From Eledone cirrhosa (Eukaryota): 64,000 bases of DNA. The translations under genes were made by a program, and so were the position numbers. Each line of letters begins with the position of its first letter. The first letter of the stretch is position 1. The stretch is from positions 424,452,001 through 424,516,000 of the forward strand of contig OZ024740.1 in the NCBI GenBank assembly GCA_964016885.1, given 5' to 3'. The notes beneath the pieces are model-generated. The model made no database searches. It saw only the letters and a list, made by a program, of their open reading frames with translations, and had not been told where the DNA came from. This document shows positions 1-13,744 of the stretch, piece by piece.

Positions 1-3000
1 TAAAACACCCTGTATTTCACATTGCTCCTTCTACCGTGTAATGTCTTTGGTAAAACACCCTGTATTTCATATTGCTCCTTCTACCGTGTAATGTCTTTGG
101 TAAAGGACCCTGTATTTCATATTGCTCCTTCTACCGTGTAATGTGTTTGGTAAAATACCCTGTATTTCACATTGCTCCTTCTACCGTGTAATGTCTTTGG
201 TAAAACACCCTGTATTTCACATTGCTCCTTCTACCGTGTAATGTCTTTGGAAAATGACCCTTATTTCACATTGCTCCTTCTACCGTGTAATGTCTTTGGC
301 AAAACACCCTGTATTTCATATTGCTCCCTTTTGCCGTGTAATTTGTTGGTAAAACACCCTGTATTTCATATTGCTCCTTCTACCGTGAACGTCTTTGGTA
401 AAACACCCTGTATTTCATATTGCTCCTTCTACCGTGTAATGTCTTTGGTAAAACACCCTGTATTTCACATTGCTCCCTCTGCCGTGTAATGTCTTTGATA
501 AAACACCCTGTATTTCATATTGCTTCTTCTACCGTGTAATGTCTTTGGTAAAACACCCTGTATTTCATATTGCTCCCTCTGCCGTGTAATGTCTTTGGTA
601 AAACACCCTGTATTTCATATTGCTCCCTCTGCCGTGTAATGTCTTTGGTAAAACACCCGGTATTTCATATTGCTCCTTCTACCGTGTAATGTCTTTGGTA
701 AAACACCCTGTATTTCACATTGCTCGTTCTACCGTGTAATGTCTTTGGTAAAACACCCTGTGTTTCATATTGCTCCTTCTACCGTGTAATGCCTTTGGTA
801 AAACACACTGTATTTCACATTGCTCCTTCTACCGTGTAATCTCTTTGGTAAAACACCCTGTATTTCATATTGCTCCTTCTACCGTGTAATGTCTTTGGTA
901 AAACACCCTGTATTTCACATTGCTCCTTCTACCGTGTAATGTCTTTGGTAAAACACCCTGTATTTCACATTGCTCCTTCTACCGTCTAATGTCTTTGGTA
1001 AAACACCCTGTATTTCACATTGCTCCTTCTACCGTGTAACGTCTTTGGTAAAACACCCTCTATTTCACATTGCTACATCTGCCGTGTAATGTCTTTCGTA
1101 AAACACCCTGTATTTCATATTGCTCCTTCTAACGTGTAATGTCTTTGGTAAAACACCCTGTATTTCACATTGCTCCTTCTACCGTGTAATATCTTTGGTA
1201 AAACACCCTGTATTTCACATTGCTCCTTCTACCGTGTAATGTCTTTGGTAAAACACCTTTATTTCATATTGCTTTTTCTACCGTGTAACGTCTTTGGTAA
1301 AGGACCCTGTATTTCACATTGCTCCTTCTACCGTGTAATATCTTTGGTAAAACACCCTGTATTTCACATTGCTCCTTCTACCGTGTAATGTCTTTGGTAA
1401 AACACCCTGTATTTCATATTGCTCCTTCTACCGTGTAATGTCTTTGGTAAAGGACCCTGTATTTCATATTGCTCCTTCTACCGTGTAATGTGTTTGGTAA
1501 AATACCCTGTATTTCACATTGCTCCTTCTACCGTGTAATGTCTTTGGTAAAACACCCTGTATTTCACATTGCTCCTTCTACCGTGTAATGTCTTTGGCAA
1601 ATGACCCTGTATTTCACATTGCTCCTTCTACCGTGTAATGTCTTTGGCAAAACACCCTGTATTTCATATTGCTCCCTTTTGCCGTGTAATTTGTTGGTAA
1701 AACACCCTGTATTTCTTATTGCTCATTCTACCGTGAATGTCTTTGGTAAAACACCCTGTATTTCATATTGCTCCTTCTACCGTGTAACGTCTTTGGTAAA
1801 ACACCCTGTATTTCATATTGCTTCTTCTACCGTGTAATGTCTTTGGTAAAACACCCTGTATTTCATATTGCTCCCTCTGCCGTGTAATGTCTTTGGTAAA
1901 ACACCCGGTATTTCATATTGCTCCTTCTACCGTGGAATGTCTTTGGTAAAACACCCTGTATTTCACATTGCTCCTTCTACCGTGTAATGTCTTTGGTAAA
2001 ACACCCTGTATTTCATATTGCTCCTTCTACCGTGTAATGTCTTTGGTAAAACACCCTGTATTTCACATTGCTCCCTCTGCCGTGTAATGTATTTGGTAAA
2101 ACACCCTGTATTTCATATTGCTCCTTCTACCGTGTAATGTCTTTGGTAAAACACCCTGTATTTCAAATTGCTCCTTCTACCGTGTAATGTCTTTGGTAAA
2201 ACACCCTGTATTTCACATTGGTCCTTCTACCGTGTAATGTATTTGGTAAAACACCCTGTATTTCATATTGCTCCTTCTACCGTGTAATGTCTTTGGTAAA
2301 ACACCCTGTATTTCAAATTGCTCCTTCTACCGTGTAATGTCTTTGGTAAAACACCCTGTATTTCACATTGGTCCTTCTACCGTGTAATGTCTTTGGTAAA
2401 ACACCCTGTATTTCATATTGCTCCTTCTACCGTGTAATGTCTTTGGTAAAACACCCTGTATTTCAAATTGCTCCTTCTACCGTGTAATGTCTTTGGTAAA
2501 ACACCCTGTATTTCAAATTGCTCCTTCTACCGTGTAATGTCTTTGGTAAAACACCCTGTATTTCACATTGGTCCTTCTACCGTGTAATGTCTTTGGTAAA
2601 ACACCCTGTATTTCACATTGCTCCTTCTACCGTGTAATGTCTTTGGTAAAACACCCTTTATTTTACATTGCTCCCTCTGCCGTGTAATGTCTTTGATAAA
2701 ACACCCTGTATTTCATATTACTCCTTCTACCGTGTAATGTCTTTGGTAAAACACCCTGTATTTCATATTGCTCCCTCTGCCGTGTAATGTCTTTGCTAAA
2801 ACAGCCTGTATTTCACATTGCTCCTTCTACCGTGTAATGTCTTTGGTAAAACACCCTGTATTTCATATTGCTCCCTCTGCCGTGTAATGTCTTTGGTAAA
2901 ACACCCTGTATTTCACGTTGCTCCTTCTACCGTGTAATGTCTTTGGTAAGACACCCTGTATTTCATATTGCTCCCTCTGACGTGTAATGTCTTTGGTAAA

Positions 3001-6000
3001 ACACCCTTTATTTCACATTGCTCCCTCTGCCGTGTAATGTCTTTGGTAAAACACACTGTATTTCACATTGCTCCTTCTACCGTGTAATGTCTTTGGAAAA
3101 ACACCCTGTATTTCATATTGCTCCTTCTACCGTGTAATGTCTTTGGTAAAACACCCTGTATTTCATATTGCTCCTTCTACCGTGTAATGTCTTAGGTAAA
3201 ACACCCTGTATTTCACATTGTTCCTTCTACCGTGTAATGTCTTTGGCAAAACATCCTGTATTTCACATTGCTCCTTCTACCGTGTAATGTCTTTGGTAAA
3301 ACACCCTGTATTTCATATTGCTCCTCCTACCGTGTAATGTCTTTGGTAAAACACCCTGTATTTCACATTGCTCCCTCTGCCGTGATATGTCTTTGGTAAA
3401 ACACCCTGTATTTCACATTGCTCCCTCTGCCGTGTAATGTCTTTGATAAAACACCCTGTATTTCATATTGCTTCTTCTATCGTGTAATGTCTTTGGTAAA
3501 ACACCCTGTATTTCACATTGCTCCTTCTACCGTGTAATGTCTTTGGTAAAACACCCTGTATTTCATATTGCTCCCTCTGCCGTGATATGTCTTTGCTAAA
3601 ACACCCTGTATTTCATATTGCTCCTTCTACCGTCTAATGTCTTTGCTAAAACACCCTGTATTTCATATTGCTCCTTCTACCGTCTAATGTCTTTGCTAAA
3701 ACACCCTGTATTTCATATTGCTCCTTCTACCGTGTAATGTCTTTGGTAAAACACCCTGTATTTCACATTGCTCCTTCTACCGTGTTATGTCTTTGGTAAA
3801 ACACCCTGTATTTCATATTGCTCCCTCTGCCGTGTAATGTCTTTGGTAAAACACCCTGTATTTCATATTGCTCCTTCTACCGTGGAATGTCTTTGGTAAA
3901 ACACCCTGTATTTCATATTGCTCATTCTACCGTGTAACGTCTTTGGTAAAACACCCTGTATTTCACATTGCTCCCTCTGCCGTGCAATGTCTTTGGTAAA
4001 ACACCCTGTATTTCATATTGCTCCTTCTACCGTGTAATGTCTTTGGTAAAACACCCTGTATTTCACATTGCTCCTTCTACCGTGTAATGTCTTTGGTAAA
4101 ACACTCTGTATTTCACATTGCTCCTTCCACCGTGTAATATCTTTGGTAAAACACCCTGTATTTCATATTGCTCCTTCTACCGTGAACGTCTTTGGTAAAA
4201 CACCCTGTATTTCATATTGCTCCTTCTACCGTGTAATGTCTTTGGTAAAACACCCTGTATTTCACATTGCTCCCTCTGCCGTGTAATGTCTTTGATAAAA
4301 CACCCTGTATTTCATATTGCTTCTTCTACCGTGTAATGTCTTTGGTAAAACACCCTGTATTTCATATTGCTCCCTCTGCCGTGTAATGTCTTTGGTAAAA
4401 CACCCTGTATTTCATATTGCTCCCTCTGCCGTGTAATGTCTTTGGTAAAACACCCGGTATTTCATATTGCTCCTTCTACCGTGTAATGTCTTTGGTAAAA
4501 CACCCTGTATTTCACATTGCTCGTTCTACCGTGTAATGTCTTTGGTAAAACACCCTGTGTTTCATATTGCTCCTTCTACCGTGTAATGTCTTTGGTAAAA
4601 CACCCTGTATTTCACATTGCTCCCTCTGCCGTGTAATTTCTTTGGTAAAACACCCTGTATTTCACATTGCTCATTCTACCATGTAACGTCTTTGGTAAAA
4701 CACCCTCTATTTCACATTGTTCCTTCTGCCGTGTAATGTCTTTCGTAAAACAACCTGTATTTCATATTGCTCCTTCTACCGTGTAATGTCTTTGGTAAAA
4801 CACCCTGTATTTCACATTGCTCCTTCTACCGTGTAATGTCTTTGGCAAAGGACCCTGTATTTCACATTGCTCCTTCTACCGTGTAATGTCTTTGGTAAAA
4901 CACCCTGTATTTCACATTGCTCCTTCTACCGTGTAATGTCTTTGGTAAAACACCCTGTATTTCACATTGCTCCTTCTACCGTGTAACGTCTTTGGTAAAA
5001 CACCCTCTATTTCACATTGCTCCTTCTACCGTGTAACGTCTTTGGTAAAACACCCTCTATTTCACATTGCTCCTTCTACCGTGTAATGTCTTTCGTAAAA
5101 CACCCTGTATTTCACATTGCTCCTTCTACTGTGTAACGTCTTTGGTAAAGGACCTTGTATTTCACATTGCTCCTTCTACCGTGTAATGTCTTTGGTAAAA
5201 CACCCTGTATTTCACATTGCTCCTTCTACCGTGTAATGTCTTTGGTAAAACACCCTGTATTTCACATTGCTCCTTCTACAGTGTAATGTCTTTGGTAAAA
5301 CACCCTGTATTTCACATTGCTCCCTCTGCCGTGTAATATCTTTGGTAAAACGCCCTGTATTTCATATTGCACCTTCTACCGTGTAATGTCTTTGGTAAAG
5401 CACCCTGTATTTCATATTGCTCCTCCTACCGTGTAATGTTCTTGGTAAAACACCCTGTATTTCACATTGCTCCCTCAGCTGTGTAATGTCTTTGGTAAAA
5501 CTCCCTGTATTTCATATTGCTCCTTCTACCGTGTAATGTCTTTCGTAAAACACCCTGTATTTCATATTGCTCCTTCTACCGTGTAACGTCTTTGGTAAAA
5601 CACCCTGTATTTCACATTGCTCCCTCTACCGTGCAATGTCTTTGGTAAAACACCCTGTATTTCATATTGCTCCTTCTACCGTGTAATGTCTTTGGTAAAA
5701 CACCCTGTATTTCACATTGCTCCCTCTACCGTGCAATGTCTTTGGTAAAACACCCTGTATTTCATATTGCTCCTTCTACCGTGTAATGTCTTTGGTAAAA
5801 CACCCTGTATTTCACATTGCTCCTTCTGCCGTGTAACGTCTTTGGTAAAACACACTCTATTTCACATTGCTCCTTCTACAGTGTAATGTCTTTGGTAAAA
5901 CACCCTGTATTTCACATTGCTCCTTCTACCGTGTAATGTTTTGGTAAAACACCCTTTATTTCATATTGCTCCTTCTACCGTGTAACGTCTTTGGTAAAGG

Positions 6001-9000
6001 ACCCTGTATTTCACATTGCTCCTTCTACCGTGTAATGTCTTTGGTAAAGCACCCTGTATTTCACATTGCTCCTTCTACCGTGTAACGTCTTTGGTAAAAC
6101 ACCCTGTATTTCACATTGCTCCTTCTACAGTGTAATGTCTTTGGTAAAACACCCTGTATTTCACATTGCTCCTTCTACCGTGTAATGTCTTTGGTAAAAC
6201 ACCCTGTATTCCATATTGCTCCTTGTACCGTGTAATGTCTTTGGTAAAACACCCGGTATTTCATATTCCTCCCTCCGCCGTGTAATGTCTTTGGTAAAAC
6301 ACCCGGTATTTCATATTGCTCCCTCTGCCGTGTAATGTCTTTGGTAAAACACCCTGTATTTCATATTGCTCCTTCTACCGTGTAATGTCTTTGGTAAAAC
6401 ACCCTGTATTTCACATTGCTCCTTCTACCGTGTAATGTCTTTGGTAAAACACCCTGTATTTCACATTGCTCCTTCTACCGTGTAATGTCTTTGGTAAAAC
6501 ACCCGGTATTTCACATTGCTCCTTCTACCGTGTAATGTATTTGGTAAAACACCCTGTATTTCACGTTGCTCCTTCTACAGTGTAATGTCTTTGGTAAAAC
6601 ACCCTGTATTTCACATTGCTCCCTCTGCCGTGTAATGTCTTTGATAAAACACCCTGTATTTCATATTGCTTCTTCTACCGTGTAATGTCTTTGGTAAAAC
6701 ACCCTGTATTTCATATTGCTCCCTCTGCCGTGTAATGTCTTTGGTAAAACACCCTGTATTTCATATTGCTCCTTCTACCGTGTAATGTCTTTGGTAAAAC
6801 ACCCTGTATTTCACATTGCTCCTTCTACCGTGTAATGTCTTTGGTAAAACACCCTGTATTTCACATTGCTCCTTCTACCGTGTAATGTATTTGGTAAAAA
6901 AACCCTGTATTTCATATTGCTCCCTCTGCCGTGTAATGTCTTTGTTAAAACACCCGGTATTTCATATTGCTCCTTCTACCGTGTAATGTCTTTGGTAAAA
7001 CACCCTGTATTTCATATTGCTCCTTCTACCGTGTAATGTCTTTGGTAAAACACCCTGTATTTCACATTGCTCGTTCTACCGTGTAATGTCTTTGGTAAAA
7101 CACCCTGTGTTTCATATTGCTCCTTCTACCGTGTAATGTCTTTGGTAAAACACCCTGTATTTCACATTGCTCCCTCTGCCGTGTAATGTCTTTGGTAAAA
7201 CACCCTGTATTTCACATTGCTCCTTCTACCGTGTAACGTCTTTGGTAAAACACCCTCTATTTCACATTGCTCCTTCTGCCGTGTAATGTCTTTCGTAAAA
7301 CACCCTGTATTTCACATTGCTCCCTCAGCTGTGTAATGTCTTTGGTAAAACTCCCTGTATTTCATATTGCTCCTTCTACCGTGTAATGTCTTTGGTAAAA
7401 CACTCTGTATTTCATATTGCTCCTTCTACCGTGTAACGTCTTTGGTAAAACACCCTGTATTTCACATTGCTCCCTCTACCGTGCAATGTCTTTGGAAAAC
7501 ACCCTGTATTTCATATTGCTCCTTCTACCCTGTAATGTCTTTGGTAAAAGACACTGTATTTCACATTGCTCCTTCTACCGTCTAATGTCTTTGGTAAAAC
7601 ACCCTGTATTTCACATTGCTCCTTCTACCGTGTAACGTCTTTGGTAAAACACCCTCTATTTCACATTGCTCCTTCTACCGTGTAATGTCTTTCGTAAAAC
7701 ACCCTGTATTTCACATTGCTCTCTCAGCTGTGTAATGTCTTTGGTAAAACTCCCTGTATTTCATATTGCTCCTTCTACCGTGTAATGTCTTTGGTAAAAC
7801 ACCCTGTATTTCATATTGCTCCTTCTACCGTGTAACGTCTTTGGTAAAACACCCTGTATTTCACATTGCTCCTTCTGCCGTGTAATGTCTTTCGTAAAAC
7901 ACCCTGTATTTCATATTGCTCCTTCTACCGTGTAATGTCTTTGGTATAACACCCTGTATTTCACATTGCTCCTTCTACCGTGTAACGTCTTTGGTAAAGG
8001 ACCCTGTATTTCACATTGCTCCTTCTACCGTGTAATGTCTTTGGTAAAACACCCTGTATTTCACATTGCTCCTTCTACCGTGTAATGTCTTTGGTAAAAA
8101 ACCCTGTATTTCACATTGCTCCTTCTACAGTGTAATGTCTTTGGTAAAACACCCTGTATTTCACATTGCTCCTTCTACCGTGTAATGTCTTTGGTAAAAC
8201 ACCCTTTATTTCATATTGCTCCTTTTACCGTGTAACGTCTTTGGTAAAGGACCCTGTATTTCACATTGCTCCTTCTACCGTGTAATGTCTTTGGTAAAAC
8301 ACCCTGTATTTCACATTGCTCCTTCTACCGTGTATTGTCTTTGGTAAAACACCCTGTATTTCATATTGCTCCTTCTACCGTGTAATGTCTTTGGTAAAAC
8401 ACCCTGTATTTCATATTGCTCCTTCTACCGTGTAATGTCTTTGGTAAAACACCCTGTATTTCATATTGCTCCTTCTACCGTGTAATGTCTTTTGTAAAAC
8501 ACCCTGTATTTCATATTGCTCCTTCTACCGTGTAATGTCTTTGGTAAAACACCCTGTATTTCATATTGCTCCTTCTACCGTGTAATGTCTTTGGTAAAAC
8601 ACCCTGTATTTCACATTGGTCCTTCTACCGTGTAATGTCTTTGCTAAAACATCCTGTATTTCACATTGCTCCTTCTACCGTGTAATGTCTTTGGTAAAAC
8701 ACCCTGTATTTCATATTGCTCTCTCTGCCGTGTAATGTCTTTGGTAAAACACCCTATATTTCATATTACTCCTTCTACCGTGTAATGTCTTTGGTAAAGG
8801 ACCCTGTATTTCACATTGCTCCTTCTACTGTGTTATGTCTTTGGTAAAGCACCCTGTATTTCACATTGCTCCTTCTACCGTGTAATGTCCTTGGTAAAAC
8901 ACCTAGTATTTCACATTGCTCCTTCTACCGTGTAATGTCTTTGGTAAAACATCCTGTATTACATATTGCTCCTTCTGCCGGGTTATGTCTTTGGTAAATG

Positions 9001-9180
9001 ACCCTGTATTTCACATTGCTCCTTCTACTGTGTAATGTCTTTGGTAAAACACCCTGTATTTCACATTGCTCCTTCTGCCGTGTAATGTCTTTGTTAAAAC
9101 ACCCTGTATTTCACATTGCTTCTTCTGCCGGGTTATGTCTTTGGTAAAACACTCTGTATTTCACATTACTCCTTCTGCCA
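1..9180 (+). repeat. 50-bp tandem satellite (~183 copies in window, open at left edge), unit TAAAACACCCTGTATTTCAYATTGCTCCTTCTACCGTGTAATGTCTTTGG
   Basis: Direct 50-nt periodicity. Diagnostic variants recur in blocks (e.g. GTGAACGTC deletion variant at ~385 and ~4182). Terminal units at 8950-9180 are more diverged. Confidence 0.98.
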
Positions 9181-9295
9181 GGAGTTGTGACTGGTAGATA
9201 GTATCTTTCAATGGAAAGACCTATGGGAACATTGTTTCCTCGGTCCGACCAGTTCCACTCAGTAAACGAATGAGGTCTTGGATCTTGTCGATCGA
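9174..9295 (+). mobile_element. SINE 3' body directly continuing the last satellite unit
   Basis: TCTGCCAGGAGTTGTGACTGGTAGATAGTATC..ATGGAAAGACC..TGG.AACATTGTTTCC matches the SINE copy at 10621-10750. Confidence 0.75.
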
Positions 9296-9537
9296 TTCCT
9301 TTTTCTAATCGATTAGATTTGAAGTATACAGATTCGATCTATTCGAACCTGTAGTTACATAGCTCAGTGATAAGTACCAATATGTGGTTCGATATTCTGG
9401 ATATATTGGCTCTAAGTTCAATATTATTTCACCATTTATGTTTACATTTTCGTCAACCTATGGCGATATATTCCCAACCACTGAGCAGCTACAACGGCTA
9501 ATTCTATTGAGATATTCCACAAGTATTAGTTTTAAAG

Positions 9538-9802
9538 GTGTGAATCGTGTGGCCTAGTGGCAAGTGAACTAGACGTACGATCATACTGTCGTGGGCTCGA
9601 TTCCCGGGTTGGGTTGTGTGTTGTGTTCTTGAGCAAAAACATTTCATTTCACGTTGCTCCAGAATACTCAGCTGAAAATGAGTACCAACAATAGATAGTG
9701 GACTAGCATCTTGTCCAGGGGGAAGTCTTGTACTCTCAGTCACTTCAAGCCATTATAAACGCTGGCCTGATGAACCTCGAGACTCAAGACAGACCTTAAA
9801 CT
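9538..9802 (+). mobile_element. tRNA-derived SINE, near full length
   Basis: A-box-like GTGGCCTAGTGG, B-box-like GGCTCGATTCCC, CORE-like GTGTTCTTGAGCAAAAACATTTCATTTCACGTTGCTCC, then ACTCAGCTGAAAATGAGTACC. Tail shared with 36468-36592. Confidence 0.8.
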
Positions 9803-10532
9803 TAGATATGCTCTGGTTTGGGTGCACGTTTAAATTGACCTCCAAGACAACCCATCCTTTGTGTAGTATTGTATATAGTATGTATGTATATTCTGGTTTT
9901 ATTATTTTAATATCTCAACAATACAGAGAGAGCCAAGTTGTAACACAGAAACATTGGAATTTCCATAACATTAACTAGGTAACTATATCTGTCTGTATGC
10001 TTGTATGTATGTGGGCAGGTATGTATACTAATGAATGATATATTTTGAATTATATATGTGCACATATGTATCTATATCTATGTCTTTTATATACATATAT
10101 TACATGCTAAACTTCTGGAATATTTTACATATTTTTACAGTTCCATTACTAGTTTGTATTTATAATTACTTAATTAACTATGCTTTTTCTGGTTTTATGG
10201 CGCCTAACTTCTCAATATTTGTGGTGAGGCAGTTTGTAACATACCTCAGTTCTCCAATTATCACAGATATAAATCTAAAGTTATAGTCAGGGTGGAGTAT
10301 TTGCAAGTTCTTCATTAGTTTAGCATACATTTTCTTCCTTTCACTAATCTTAAACAGTGTATTAACATTTAAGACCAGTTACTACAACGGAGCCACACCA
10401 GAGACGTATGTTTCGTTCGTCTGGAGGACCAACTTTTTCTGTACATATATTCTTTTTTCTTTCCAATATCATTATGTCTGTTTTATTTACATTCTACTGT
10501 GGTTTAGATTAGAACATTCCACACGTACTTTG

Positions 10533-10755
10533 GGCGCCTGGTTTAGATAGTTGAATTCGCAATCATGAGGTTGTGAATTCGATTCCCGGACTGGACGATG
10601 TGCTATGTCACGTTGATCTGTCTGCCAGGAGTTGCGACTGGTAGATAGTATCAGCAATGGAAAGACCAATGGAAACATTGTTTCCCTGGTCCGATTTCAC
10701 GAGTTCCATTCGACTCGGTAAGCGAGTAAGATTTGTGATCTTGTCAAATCGGATG
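10533..10755 (+). mobile_element. tRNA-derived SINE with internal deletion, nested in the Dong relic
   Basis: B-box-like GAATTCGATTCCCGG; body matches 9174-9295. Confidence 0.7.
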
Positions 10756-10767
10756 TAGTAGAAGTGA

Positions 10768-10897
10768 TAATTGTTTCTACTTTTAGCACAAGGCCAGCAA
10801 TTACACCAGTGTATTACTGGTACTTTATTTTATCGACTCCGTAAGGATGAAAGGCAAAGTTAACCTCGGCGGGATTTGAGCTCAGATCATAAAGGGC
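10768..10897 (-). mobile_element. Nin/Deu-domain SINE fragment
   Basis: Reverse complement reads CTTTGCCTTTCATCCTTACGGAGTCGATAAAATAAAGTACCAG..TTGCTGGCCTTGTGCTAAAAGTAGAAACAA, like the copies at 39.3-39.9, 46.6, 54.9, 56.9 and 59.9 kb. Confidence 0.8.
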
Positions 10898-11259
10898 CAA
10901 TGCCCACCGCATTGCTGTAACTTTTGATATTTTTATCTTTAGGTCTATCATTTCCACGGATTACATTGTATAGTGTTTTGACCACAATATCATGTCTCAT
11001 AGATAGATAATCCCGACATCTTTGAACATATGATGTGGTAGTCATCATCTGCGTTTATTCCACAGAGTCCGTAGAACGGCGCAAGAGCCAGCGGCACTTG
11101 CGGGCCTCACACAATATGTAGATTCGCAATAACAACGCCCTGGCTCATTCGTCACCGCTTGAGCAAGGCTTCATATTAAAAAAAGAAATTAAAAAAAATC
11201 AACAAAAAAAAAGAAGCCATTTCACTCGTTCTCAAGGCTCCTTACTCTGTAGATGTGAT

Positions 11260-11550
11260 TGGTGCTCTGAAATAGCGATGTATACATGAATGTATGTATA
11301 GTATATTTGGCAATATACCGTATATTTAATTAAATAATTTAGAAGACCATACGCTATCAGTTTTAAAGTAGTGACTATGTCACTTACTTCTTTTCGGCGA
11401 AAGAAGGGAGAGAAGCTTGTTTGGCGTTCATCAAAGCCACGCACTCCACTGCTTTCGCCGAAAATCATAGAAGCTGGATTCTTATAGAATTCCAGTAATA
11501 ATAAGGAGCTGACTATACAGAGCGATTGCCGGTCCAGCAAAAATCAGGTA
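11260..11550 (-). mobile_element. Diverged single-copy homologue of the 310-bp HHR repeat
   Basis: Shares GCTCTGAAATAGCGAT, GAAGACC..CGCTAT, CTTATAGAAT and AGCG.TTGCCGGTCC.GCA in order with 42650-42945. Has a 13-bp stem (11391-11403 / 11452-11464) around a decayed core (TTGATGA..AAAC on -). Confidence 0.7.
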
Positions 11551-11615
11551 TTATTAGGTATTATGAACGCCTCAGTCTTCTTTGAGAGTTGAGAGAGAAC
11601 TTCATGTGAATTGTA

Positions 11616-11716
11616 ATGGAGCTAAGAGTAATTTCAGAAGAAGCATTCCAGACGTGCTTCGAGAAGTGGAAGGGTTGCTGGTCTAACAGTGCGTAGGTAC
11701 AAGGGGTTTGTTTCAA
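11616..11716 (+). mobile_element. Tc1/mariner transposase C-terminal remnant
   Basis: MELRVISEEAFQTCFEKWKGCWS followed, after a frameshift, by CVGTRG resembles the mariner C-terminus pattern (L..IP.E.FQ.CF..W..RW.KC....G.YF). Confidence 0.55.
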
Positions 11717-11829
11717 TAGTGTGGAGACTCAAGTGGCTTGATTTGAAGGGGATTAGCCATTGAACTCCATCAAGTACATAATTTTCTCCATCCGCCGCCT
11801 AAGATCAGATACTCTTTCGACAGACATGC

Positions 11830-11876
11830 TATATATACATGAATATGTATGTATATGTATATGCATATATATATGC

Positions 11877-11908
<32 letters not shown>

Positions 11909-12073
11909 ATGCATATACATATATATTTATATATATATATATTTATATATATTTGTATATATATATGTATATATATGTATATATGTACATATATATATAT
12001 GTATATATATATGTATATATATGTATGTATATATATATATGTACATATATATATGTATATATATATATGTATG

Positions 12074-12140
<67 letters not shown>

Positions 12141-12271
12141 GTATATATATGTATATATATGTATATATATATATATATTTATATATATGTATATATGTAT
12201 ATATATATATGTATATATATATGTACATATATGTATATATATACATATATATATATGTATATATATATATG

Positions 12272-12302
<31 letters not shown>

Positions 12303-12500
12303 TTATACTATGGGAGGGTCATGTTGCCAATAAGAAACACACGCACCAGTTGCTTTCACTTCAATTTATTATAATAAATTGAAGTGAAAGCAACTGGTGC
12401 GTGTGTTTCTTATTGGCAACATGCCCCTCCCAAAGTATCACAATATCGGTTTCAACACACGATTTCAGATAAAGAATCTTGCTAAACAAATTCAGAAACG

Positions 12501-12585
<85 letters not shown>

Positions 12586-12650
12586 CATATATATATATGT
12601 GTGTATATATATATGTATATATGTATATATATATATCTATATATATGTGT
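11830..12650. repeat. (TA)n/(TATG)n microsatellite field containing a 150-bp palindrome (12297-12446)
   Basis: Direct; palindrome centre AATTTATTAT/AATAAATT at 12371/12372. Confidence 0.9.
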
Positions 12651-12760
12651 GTATTCCTCCTTTTATCTGCATATAAAAGGTTAAAGAGCTAAGATCCAAT
12701 CAGAGGCATTTAATTTCGTGTTGGTCACGATATTATTATATTGCAGAAGGTCGACATACT

Positions 12761-12794
12761 TTACTACTACTGCTACTACTATTACTACTACTAT

Positions 12795-12883
<89 letters not shown>

Positions 12884-12901
12884 TTACTACTATTGCTACT
12901 G

Positions 12902-12977
<76 letters not shown>

Positions 12978-13003
12978 GACTACTACTGCTGCTGCTGCTG
13001 CTG

Positions 13004-13095
<92 letters not shown>

Positions 13096-13146
13096 GCCGC
13101 CATGTCTGCAACCATCTCTCATACCATCAGAACTTTTCTCTTTCTT

Positions 13147-13214
<68 letters not shown>

Positions 13215-13222
13215 TTATCTAT
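12761..13222 (+). repeat. (CTA)n trinucleotide then (TATC)n tetranucleotide microsatellites
   Basis: Direct; explains the poly-T/Y/L/V/S ORFs. Confidence 0.95.
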
Positions 13223-13613
13223 TTCTCTCTCTTTGTTCCTCTATTTCCATCTCTATCTCATCTCTTTCTCTCCTTCTCTCTCCTCTTCTTCAACAGGAAG
13301 TTAGATCGCAAGATCGCAAGTCAATTTAGGGGAATTAGCCGCGTGACAATATGGAATGTTCACACTCGCATACATACATTGACACATACATACATACATA
13401 TACACATATGTATAAACGTACGTTCATCCATCCACCCCATCTATATATAGGTATATACATACACAAGCACATACACAGACATATACATACGTATATATAT
13501 ATATAATAATTAGTATACTTCAATCTGGCTAAATTTTTCTTTTGCAATATATATACAGATGTGTTGGTATCTGTGTTTCATCACATACATATTAATTTAT
13601 ATATATATATATA

Positions 13614-13744
13614 TAACAAAGGAAATGTGGTAAGGAACCAGATGGACCATAACGCACCAGAGTACTCAATACTTAGGGTAGTAGAGTGGTAAATAGGAAA
13701 CAGTATGAAACGGCTTGAGCTCTGCCGTCGGGATCATACTTTTT

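Larger units (their letters stand above)
9880..11075 (-). mobile_element. Decayed R4/Dong-clade non-LTR retrotransposon 3' end (zinc knuckle, RHD motif, restriction-like endonuclease, 3' UTR), interrupted by two SINEs
   Basis: Minus-strand translation gives LCGINADDDYHIICSKMS / YLSMRHDIVVKTLYNVIR (10900-11075), YVWNV..KTDIMILERKKNICT (10430-10530), and KISERKKMYAKLMKNLQILHPDYNFRFISVIIGELRYV..GTVKICKIFQKF* (10100-10369), with stops and frameshifts. Ends in a TACA-like repeat. Confidence 0.8.

Noticed and set aside
9545-9610. tRNA gene
   Set aside because: Only A/B-box remnants of a SINE head; no cloverleaf.
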